Shown piece after piece: positions 24,154 to 30,553 of a DNA stretch of 30,553 nucleotides. This stretch comes from Clostridia bacterium (GTDB lineage Bacteria; Bacillota; Clostridia; Christensenellales; Borkfalkiaceae), in the NCBI GenBank assembly GCA_017503885.1, contig JAFVSF010000204.1:1-30553 (forward strand), in the 5' to 3' direction. Made by a program: the position numbers and the translations under genes. A model generated the notes under the pieces. It saw only the letters and a program-made list of their open reading frames with translations, was not told the DNA's origin and did no database searches. Position 1 is the stretch's first letter; the number at the start of each line of letters is the position of its first letter.

Positions 24154-24457
24154 TGATAACTGATAATCATTTTTATCAGTCACAGCATTTTTTCTAAAAG
24201 ATTTTATAATTTTAAGAGGCCCCCCCTGAAAATAAAAGTTATGGTAAAGAAATTATGCTATCAAAAAGATAGGTAAAAATTAGATTATCAGTCGCAAGTA
24301 TCAGTCTTAACTTGTTTCATCCTAAATAAGGAAACAAAAAACAAAAATTATTTTTATATATGTATATAATAGAAATAATTATGGGGGGGGGCCTCATTTT
24401 TTTATAAAAAGATTGAAAAATTTTGCTGTGACTGATAATTTTTTTTATCAGTTATCA
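24154..24457. repeat. Nested inverted-repeat AT-rich element (candidate replication origin or recombination/operator site)
   Basis: The 34-bp arms at 24154-24187 and 24424-24457 (TGCTGTGACTGATAA-N6-TTATCAGTTATCA) are identical outside N6. Inner arms GAGGC7 (24216-24226) and G9CCTC (24383-24395) each lie 28 nt from an outer arm. Extra TTATCAGT/GTATCAGT half-sites are at 24285 and 24298. Confidence 0.85.
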
Positions 24458-24517
24458 CTCTAACCACCAATCGTCATTTAATCTATAAACCTACCAATCA
24501 AAAAGGAGTATAAAAGT

Positions 24518-24955
24518 ATGAAAATCGGTAAATCAGTAGTCAACTTTTCTCTCACAGCATCGTCCGGCTGCCAGTATACCTCTCTTGCAGACGTCCCTTA
24601 CTGGTCCTTGTACAGTCGTCCAGGTGACTGTGTGCAAGAGGACATCGGCAATCAATGGCGTAGCGACCGAGCACTCACCTTTGCAGAACTCAAACAATAC
24701 CTTGAGCATTACCCTGGCCGTCGACTGCTTAACGCATATCCTCGCAAATCGCCTAACATTCGCATATCATACGCCATAAGTAAGCGAGGCAACAACATAG
24801 ACATATTCAGCAAATGGACAGGAGAGATTTATGCCACCTTTGCAATAGAGCAACCTGACAGTATCGCCGGCCTTCGCTTAACCTACCTTGCAAACAACGC
24901 ACCTTGCAACAAAACATACTACTATCTCAAGGCAGCAGCATACCTTACACGGTAA
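24518..24955 (+). CDS. Hypothetical protein, 145 aa
   Basis: AAAAGGAG RBS and an intact ORF just downstream of the inverted-repeat element. Confidence 0.7.
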   Translation: MKIGKSVVNFSLTASSGCQYTSLADVPYWSLYSRPGDCVQEDIGNQWRSDRALTFAELKQYLEHYPGRRLLNAYPRKSPNIRISYAISKRGNNIDIFSKWTGEIYATFAIEQPDSIAGLRLTYLANNAPCNKTYYYLKAAAYLTR

Positions 24956-25103
24956 ATCTTAAAAATCAAGGTGGAACAATCTTACCATTCTTTTCATATA
25001 ATATAATAGAACCGGCCGATAGACCGATAACCTATAATTTAATCAACTGATGGAGCAGTTGTTAGATAAAACAATAAATATAATTAAAAGGAGACTATTT
25101 ACA

Positions 25104-25607
25104 ATGAGTAAAAACACCAACGCAGTAGAAACTGTAGAAGAAGTAGCAGAAGTTCTCGTTGAAGGCGAAGCTTATGCAAAGATTATTAAAGACGACGAAG
25201 GCAACTTCCACGTAGTAGACTTTGACGGCACCGTAGGTCCCGCTTGTAAGTTCTGCGACGCTGACGACAAGACTATCGTCCTCACTAAAAACAAATCGAA
25301 CCGTCAATGGTTTAACAGAAAGAAAGCTGATGCTGAAATCGCTGAAAAAGGCTTCGTTGACCTTTGCTATAAACCTAGCCGTCACATCGGCAGTGTAGGC
25401 AGCAAACTTCCTAACGAGAAGCTTATTAGCTACCTTCCTGAAGCTGAACAGGCTGAATACAAGGCAATCATTGAACGTGCTATGAAGGCTCGTGAAGATG
25501 CTAAAGCTAAGCCTATGACTGAGCTTGAAAAGGCTCAAGCTAAACTTGCTAAAGCAAAAGAAGCTCTTGCTAAACTTGAAGCTCAAGCAGCAGAAGGCAA
25601 TAACTAA
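25104..25607 (+). CDS. Early protein, paralog family member B, 167 aa
   Basis: Start MSKNTNAV at 25104 behind AAAAGGAG; the track start at 25050 has no RBS. It is a paralog of 22848-23288. Confidence 0.85.
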   Translation: MSKNTNAVETVEEVAEVLVEGEAYAKIIKDDEGNFHVVDFDGTVGPACKFCDADDKTIVLTKNKSNRQWFNRKKADAEIAEKGFVDLCYKPSRHIGSVGSKLPNEKLISYLPEAEQAEYKAIIERAMKAREDAKAKPMTELEKAQAKLAKAKEALAKLEAQAAEGNN

Positions 25608-25678
25608 TACTTGCAGTGACCGTGAGCTCCATCTCTCAGTCAAGCAAAACAAATTAAAACTATAAGGAGTAAATAACA

Positions 25679-25894
25679 ATGAGTAAATCTTTAATCGACT
25701 TTATCCTCCCTGAGGACTATGACCGTTACAACGAACTTCTTTCTATGGCAGAAGAAGCTAAGGCTAATGCACCTAAAGCTCCTAGAGCAAAACGTGCTCC
25801 TATGACCGTAGAACAAAAGAAGAAGATGGCAGAAGGCAGACTTGCTAAAGCTCAAGCTGCTCTCGATGCATTACTTGCTTCTCAAAACGGCTAA
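25679..25894 (+). CDS. Early protein, paralog family member C (stand-alone C-terminal module), 71 aa
   Basis: TAAGGAG RBS; LIDFILPEDYDRYNELL...APMTVEQ...LAKAQAALDALLA. Confidence 0.85.
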   Translation: MSKSLIDFILPEDYDRYNELLSMAEEAKANAPKAPRAKRAPMTVEQKKKMAEGRLAKAQAALDALLASQNG

Positions 25895-25919
25895 TCTTTG
25901 GCCGCATTCTCATAAGTGT

Positions 25920-25945
25920 AGGCGGTGTCTTAACTGATGCCGCCT
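25920..25945 (+). terminator. Hairpin after paralog C
   Basis: AGGCGGTGTC-TTAACT-GATGCCGCCT, a 10-bp stem with two G-U pairs and a weak U tail. Confidence 0.45.
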
Positions 25946-25996
25946 CTAACTTAAATGCTAATATAAATATATTTATATAATAAAGGAGTACCTAAA

Positions 25997-26257
25997 ATGA
26001 CAGAACTATTGCAAAAACATCCAGACTTAAAAGACATCTTGCGTTCAAACCCTAACACGAAGGTATACAAAGTACTAACAGAGTCCGGTAAGATTAAGGA
26101 ATACTGGGAAAAAGACGAAAACGGTCACTGGACTGACCAAACCGCGAGAGAAAAACTCCGAGAACAAATTGAGGCTGAAAAAGAAGAGCTTGAACGATTG
26201 AAACGAGCGGCAGCAAAGAAAGCGGCTAAAAAGCAAGAGGAGGACGACTATGAGTAA
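25997..26257 (+). CDS. Hypothetical protein with a charged C-terminal helix, 86 aa
   Basis: AAAGGAG RBS. Confidence 0.75.
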   Translation: MTELLQKHPDLKDILRSNPNTKVYKVLTESGKIKEYWEKDENGHWTDQTAREKLREQIEAEKEELERLKRAAAKKAAKKQEEDDYE

Positions 26258-26684
26258 GCTATATACAGCAGAACTTAAAGCAGAGGACGTTCCAGCATAT
26301 ACTCTTGCAGGCAACGCAACAATCACATTGCAATCCGGCAACACTAATAATCACTTTACTTATAAGATTAAAAAAGCTAAAGGCAAAGAGAGCTTATACT
26401 TTATTGACTTGCTTAGTGGCTCGGACAATGAGAAGGACTACCAATACATTGGCTGTTATTACAGCGACACGGAATATTTCCATGCAGCTAAACCTTGGAA
26501 GGACCGAGTGACTATTGCTTGGCCGCCTTCCTTGCGAGCAATTCGTTTCTTTTTGAGCAAGCTTTATAATATACCTGCTAACTTACACGTATTTCACGAA
26601 GGTAGATGTGGTAGATGTGGCAGACGACTTACTACTCCAGAAAGCATTCAACGAGGCTTAGGTCCTGAGTGCTACAAGAGGTGA
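26250..26684 (+). CDS. DUF6011-like zinc-binding protein, 144 aa
   Basis: The C-terminal CGRCGRRLTTPESIQRGLGPEC matches the DUF6011 pattern; GGAGG RBS. Confidence 0.75.
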   Translation: MSKLYTAELKAEDVPAYTLAGNATITLQSGNTNNHFTYKIKKAKGKESLYFIDLLSGSDNEKDYQYIGCYYSDTEYFHAAKPWKDRVTIAWPPSLRAIRFFLSKLYNIPANLHVFHEGRCGRCGRRLTTPESIQRGLGPECYKR

Positions 26685-26687
26685 CAT

Positions 26688-26888
26688 ATGGACGATAGAC
26701 ATTTAGAAGCTCCGTGGGTTGGCAAAACTCCAGAGGAATATTACGGTTACAAAGAACAAGTCGCAGACAGATGTCAGTGCTGTGATGGCGACATAATGGT
26801 CGGTGAAGAATATTACGACATCGACGGAACTATTATATGCGAAGAGTGCATTGACGAATATAGAAAGACTGCAGAGTCAAAGGAGTAA
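26688..26888 (+). CDS. Small zinc-ribbon protein, 66 aa
   Basis: CQCCDGDI...EEYYDIDG..ICEEC; GAGGTG RBS. Confidence 0.75.
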   Translation: MDDRHLEAPWVGKTPEEYYGYKEQVADRCQCCDGDIMVGEEYYDIDGTIICEECIDEYRKTAESKE

Positions 26889-26890
26889 TT

Positions 26891-27103
26891 ATGGAAGATA
26901 AAAAAGGTTTTGTAGAAGGTTTGAGTAGTTTACTTAGTAAGCATTACAGCGGTATTGAGAGTTTGGAGTACTTTCGTCCGGGCAATGATTATAACGAAGA
27001 GGTAGTCGTAACTTACCGAGGCGGCTATCAACAACCAATTAACGTATCTTGTGACAGCATACCTGCAATGCTCCGTGATATCGCAAGGCATTTAGAGATA
27101 TGA
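26891..27103 (+). CDS. Hypothetical protein, 70 aa
   Basis: AAGGAG RBS; intact ORF, ATGA-coupled to the next gene. Confidence 0.75.
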   Translation: MEDKKGFVEGLSSLLSKHYSGIESLEYFRPGNDYNEEVVVTYRGGYQQPINVSCDSIPAMLRDIARHLEI

Positions 27104-27570
27104 TACAGAGCATTTATTTGCATAAGTACATTGTAGATACTTTAAGTTTATTCGGTGATTTATCAGTTGTTGTGAATAGAATATTGCAAGAAGGTGCAGA
27201 CGGTAAAATAGACATACTTGACAGACCTGCTTGTATGAACCGTGACGGTGCAGGAAGATACAACATAACTATAACTCAACCGGAATACTTAGAGCTATTA
27301 CAATGTTACTCGGTTAACAGTCCTAAAATATCTATACGCAGGATAATATATTGGTTCGTAGATTTTGCAATTTATGAACAGTTAGGATGGAGACCGACAA
27401 GAAAATACGAAGACAAAAGCTTACAAACATTATGTAGGCATATTGACAAAGCAAGAGCATCTATTGCAAGAATAGCATTGCTTAGGAAATACGACGAAGA
27501 AACTATAAAAAGAACTTCGTCAATAGACGATTTAATCGTTAAGTTAAAGGAGTACCTTGAGAATGGCTGA
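27100..27570 (+). CDS. Hypothetical protein, possibly a tandem ribbon-helix-helix DNA-binding protein, 156 aa
   Basis: Two beta-alpha-alpha-like units (QSIYLH-KYIVDTL-DLSVVVNRIL and RYNITIT-PEYLELL-SIRRIIYWF). The fold is an inference only. Confidence 0.55.
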   Translation: MIQSIYLHKYIVDTLSLFGDLSVVVNRILQEGADGKIDILDRPACMNRDGAGRYNITITQPEYLELLQCYSVNSPKISIRRIIYWFVDFAIYEQLGWRPTRKYEDKSLQTLCRHIDKARASIARIALLRKYDEETIKRTSSIDDLIVKLKEYLENG

Positions 27571-28390
27571 GAACATAACAAACAAATTAGTTCAACGAAT
27601 ATCCGTCAATCATACAGACGAAGAAATAAAAAGTCAATTACATACTGTTCTTGACGAACTTGAAACTATTTACTCATACTTAATATACGCTAAATATAAA
27701 GCAGAGAAATTAGTTTGCTGGCAAATAGAATACACTATTAGTCAAACCGACAAATACAATACTTTACATAGCTGTATTGTTGTAGAAGAAATATTTGCTA
27801 TACTTAAGGAAAGTAATGAGAAGAAGGTTTCAAATGTAATTGGCTATAAACAACCGTCACTTGATATACAAATACAGTTATTTGAACCGCTAATTAACAA
27901 ACTAGCATTAAAACAAATACAAAGATGGCCGCAAATAGAGTACGAAGATGCTTGCCAAATTTGCAGAATGACTATGCTAAACTTGTATCGCAAAGGCTAT
28001 TATTTGCATCCAACTCTCGTAGAACGATGCTATAATAACGATATTTTATCCTCAATTAAAAAGGACAAAAACAAACCGGAAATTATTAGTATTGACAAAG
28101 TTGTCCATCACGACGGTGATAATACTCCGTTAACGATTGGCGATATGCTTCCTGATACTCAAGCAGAGGAAGATGCTGAGCAAAAAGATGCAGAAGAGTT
28201 TATTCAACTCGTATTTGGACAAGTAAAAGAAATAATCATAGAACTAATAGGAGAACGACAGTTTGAGCAACTTATGCGTGATTATGGTAATAAACATACT
28301 ACGTCTTGGTCTCGCAAGAAAATGCAACAACTTAAAGATAAGTTTAAGCAAATGGACATAAACTGGGAGTCGTTTAATAGATACAAATAA
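27563..28390 (+). CDS. Sigma-70-family-like protein (divergent phage sigma factor), ~275 aa
   Basis: A region-2-like segment FEPLINKLA...IEYEDACQICRMTMLNL and a region-3-like segment ISIDKVVHHDGDNTPLTIGDMLPD, the latter resembling SLD..DGD.L.L.D.L.D in sporulation/FliA-type sigmas. The start is ATG 27563 behind AAAGGAG. Confidence 0.55.
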   Translation: MAENITNKLVQRISVNHTDEEIKSQLHTVLDELETIYSYLIYAKYKAEKLVCWQIEYTISQTDKYNTLHSCIVVEEIFAILKESNEKKVSNVIGYKQPSLDIQIQLFEPLINKLALKQIQRWPQIEYEDACQICRMTMLNLYRKGYYLHPTLVERCYNNDILSSIKKDKNKPEIISIDKVVHHDGDNTPLTIGDMLPDTQAEEDAEQKDAEEFIQLVFGQVKEIIIELIGERQFEQLMRDYGNKHTTSWSRKKMQQLKDKFKQMDINWESFNRYK

Positions 28391-28401
28391 GGAGAATAAC
28401 T

Positions 28402-28662
28402 ATGGAAAGAGAAAAGAAACAGTTTAGGTTGTTTGATGTATACAGACAATCATTTACAGGAACGTCAAGTAGAATTAGAGGCATAAAGAGTTATAAGTCT
28501 GGCAAATACTTTGACGAAATTGAAATTAGTATTACTTACAGTAACGGTTCGACTGCAAAGTTTATGGCAAAGAACGAAAACGAACTTAGAGAAGTAATTA
28601 AGAAAGTTAACAAAGAACTTAAAAACTGCTGCAAACCTGGCAGAAAATCTAAAAACTATTAA
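28402..28662 (+). CDS. Hypothetical basic protein, 86 aa
   Basis: TAAGGAG RBS. Confidence 0.75.
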   Translation: MEREKKQFRLFDVYRQSFTGTSSRIRGIKSYKSGKYFDEIEISITYSNGSTAKFMAKNENELREVIKKVNKELKNCCKPGRKSKNY

Positions 28663-28677
28663 ACGGAGGTATAAAAC

Positions 28678-29685
28678 ATGTCCCACAGTAACTCATCACT
28701 TAACAGCTTTGCAAATTGTATGGCAAGATACGAGCACAATTACATCTTGCATACTCCACCTTGCAAACCTGTTTCACCACACTTGACATTTGGTATTATG
28801 GCTCACGATTGCTTGTATAGAGCAGGTAAACTTCGTGACGAGTCCGACGACGGAGTAATTAAAGCAGGTGATTATCAACGAGTAATTCCATCGGAAGTTC
28901 TTTACGGAGAACTAAAAGACGAATTTGGAATTCCTAACTGGCAAAACTATTTTGTTCCAGTAATTAAACAAACCGCGGTTTATGAACGACAACTTGTAAA
29001 AGAACTTATTGATAGTCAAACTGGCAATGTTAGAGTAGAACGAGAAGTAAAACTTCAACTTACAGTAGAACAACTTAAACAACTCGGTTATACAAACATC
29101 AATCAACCTATCGTAGGTGTAATTGACTGTCTTATGTATACTGAAACTAACGCAATTATTCTTGACTATAAGTTTAGTTCAAGCAAGAAAACTCAGGACG
29201 ACTTTGATATGAACAGTCAGTTGCCTTTGTATGCATTGCTTGTTCATATTAACTACGATATTCCTTTGCATAACATTAGATACGGTTATATTGATATTCC
29301 TAAAAAAGCATTTGACAAACCTACTATTTTAAGTAACGGAACATTATCTCGTTCTAAATCACAAAACGTATCGCAAGAGTTTTATGAACAATGTGTAATC
29401 GCTATCCACGGAGACGACCCATACTACCATTGCAAAGAAGGCGGTTATTACTATGATATTTGGAACAATCTTGCATTAAACAAAGCCGCTTATTTGTCCA
29501 TCCAGTATTTAGATACAGAAGTATATTGCGGCGTACTTAACGACTTAATCGACGCAGCAAAAATGATTGACTTTATGGTTGAACATAAGATGCCGTTCTT
29601 GAAGAAATATGACGCATATTCTTGTAAAGGTTGTGAATACTTGAACGCATGCAAACCGTGGCTTACAGTAGAAGGTGACTTCTAA
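28678..29685 (+). CDS. PD-(D/E)XK nuclease, RecB/AddB/Cas4-like, with a probable Fe-S staple, 335 aa
   Basis: SHSNSSLNSFANC (N-terminal Cys), FGIMAHDCL, GVIDCL...ILDYK, QLPLYAL and C-terminal CKGCEYLNAC. Confidence 0.85.
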   Translation: MSHSNSSLNSFANCMARYEHNYILHTPPCKPVSPHLTFGIMAHDCLYRAGKLRDESDDGVIKAGDYQRVIPSEVLYGELKDEFGIPNWQNYFVPVIKQTAVYERQLVKELIDSQTGNVRVEREVKLQLTVEQLKQLGYTNINQPIVGVIDCLMYTETNAIILDYKFSSSKKTQDDFDMNSQLPLYALLVHINYDIPLHNIRYGYIDIPKKAFDKPTILSNGTLSRSKSQNVSQEFYEQCVIAIHGDDPYYHCKEGGYYYDIWNNLALNKAAYLSIQYLDTEVYCGVLNDLIDAAKMIDFMVEHKMPFLKKYDAYSCKGCEYLNACKPWLTVEGDF

Positions 29686-29813
29686 TGTTGTGGGCAGCAA
29701 TAATAGGAATACTTGTACCTATAGTTTGTATGGGTATTCCTATGATATTAGATTATAAAGCAGAAAAAAAGGAGCGTGAAGAAAATGACGATAGAAACAA
29801 TACCAATAATTAA
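29685..29813 (+). CDS. Small single-TM membrane protein, 42 aa (below the ORF-track cutoff)
   Basis: TAATG overlap with the nuclease stop; MLWAAIIGILVPIVCMGIPMILDYKAEKKEREENDDRNNTNN. Confidence 0.55.
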   Translation: MLWAAIIGILVPIVCMGIPMILDYKAEKKEREENDDRNNTNN

Positions 29814-30129
29814 CTCAGTAGTCCTTGGAATATCAGCAATTGCATTATCAGTTTGTGTAAGTATTTGGCTTAAAGCAGAAAAGAAAGCCGCGTATTACAA
29901 ACAACGAGAACTTGTTCTTAAAAAAGAGTTGGATAATGTAGCACAACACTGTTCCGAATTACAAATTCAAGTAGATGTTTGCGAAGACAGAGTTAAAGCA
30001 GCGTATGAACTTGGTTATAAAGGAAGCAAAATGTCCATCGTAAATGAAATATACGAACAATGTTGCAATCATAAATTGGCAACTGTTAAAAAGTGGTTAG
30101 TTGAAAAATACAATATTGAAACAAAATAA
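29785..30129 (+). CDS. Membrane-anchored coiled-coil protein, ~114 aa
   Basis: AAAGGAG upstream of ATG 29785. An N-terminal TM (IINSVVLGISAIALSVCVSIWL) is followed by a coiled coil. Confidence 0.65.
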   Translation: MTIETIPIINSVVLGISAIALSVCVSIWLKAEKKAAYYKQRELVLKKELDNVAQHCSELQIQVDVCEDRVKAAYELGYKGSKMSIVNEIYEQCCNHKLATVKKWLVEKYNIETK

Positions 30130-30150
30130 ATTAAAAGGAGATAAATAACT

Positions 30151-30456
30151 ATGAAAACTACAGAAAACAAAAAGGAATTTTACATTGTAAGAGGCGATAG
30201 AAGTGGCGTATTCTTTGGAAACATTAAGGAAAGAAATGGACAAGAAGTTACTATGACGAACGTTCGTAGACTTTGGTACTGGGACGGAGCAGCATCTATT
30301 AGTCAACTTGCAAAAGAAGGAACTGTAAGACCTACTAACTGTAAGTTCACCGTAACTGTAGACGAAATTCTTGTCCTTGATGCTATTGAAATTGACAAAT
30401 GCACGGATAAAGCGATTAAGTCTATCAAAGAGGTGGCAGAATGGAAAAGGAACTAA
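30151..30456 (+). CDS. DUF6948-like protein, 101 aa
   Basis: YIVRGDRSGVFFG...VRRLWYWDGAASISQLA..G...CKF...V..I.V.DAIEI matches the family pattern as I recall it; AAAAGGAG RBS. Confidence 0.75.
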   Translation: MKTTENKKEFYIVRGDRSGVFFGNIKERNGQEVTMTNVRRLWYWDGAASISQLAKEGTVRPTNCKFTVTVDEILVLDAIEIDKCTDKAIKSIKEVAEWKRN

Positions 30457-30553
30457 TCTTAAAATGGCTTAACGTTCCAGTTATTACAAATCAAGAGGAT
30501 GGCTCTGGCTATGGCGATGGCTCTGGCTATGGCGATGGCGATGGCTCTGGCTA
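30441..30553 (+). CDS. Gly-rich GSGYGD-repeat protein; partial, runs off the window end
   Basis: GAGGTG RBS and ATG 30441: MEKELILKWLNVPVITNQEDGSGYGDGSGYGDGDGSG... Confidence 0.65.
   Translation, partial: MEKELILKWLNVPVITNQEDGSGYGDGSGYGDGDGSG

Noticed and set aside
25095-25679. 194-aa minus-strand ORF antisense to paralog B
   Set aside because: Same antisense-shadow artefact: Phe/Ser/Leu-rich mirror of a Lys/Glu/Ala-rich gene, with no RBS.
25961-25981. 18-bp AT palindrome overlapping a TATAAT before the 25997 gene
   Set aside because: Pure A/T palindromes arise easily here, and the TATAAT abuts the RBS, too close for a normal promoter.
1-30553. Second DGR target (additional VR)
   Set aside because: I found the TR core (ccaataccaaaggcc) only at the TR and the single VR. 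A remote target outside the window cannot be excluded.
1-30553. Stop-codon reassignment, CRISPR arrays and canonical tRNA genes
   Set aside because: Code-11 ORFs tile both arms, with TAA, TAG and TGA all used as stops, including ATGA/TAATG overlaps. I saw no repeat-spacer periodicity and no complete cloverleaf.

Overview
The window is about 30.5 kb of a low-GC tailed phage genome in the standard genetic code. The host is probably a gut Firmicute and the virion probably podovirus-like; both are inferences. It has two divergent arms. The minus-strand arm (1-22046) is the late/morphogenesis module: TerS, TerL, portal, fibre-like genes, a compact diversity-generating retroelement (DGR), a three-gene accessory cassette with a half-ferritin, three membrane proteins, scaffold, decoration protein, major capsid, tail tubular A/B-like proteins and a probable ejection protein that runs off the window. 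The DGR consists of a CLec-type target gene with its VR, a hairpin, a 103-bp TR and an RT, with no avd. The plus-strand arm (22848-end) holds small early genes, a sigma-factor-like gene, a Cas4/AddB-like nuclease and a DUF6948-like gene. Five signals lie outside the ORF track. (1) A ~500-nt, ~58% GC, densely base-paired region between the arms looks like a large structured ncRNA. (2) The motif AGGTAAYA-N18-TATAAT occurs with identical spacing upstream of terS, portal and scaffold, and is a candidate phage-sigma late promoter. (3) A 304-bp nested mirror-symmetric inverted-repeat element with ACTGATAA/TTATCAGT half-sites is a candidate origin. (4) Three paralogous early proteins share a C-terminal helical module. 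(5) All 16 TR/VR differences fall at TR adenines. All product calls come from motif reading; no database search was run.
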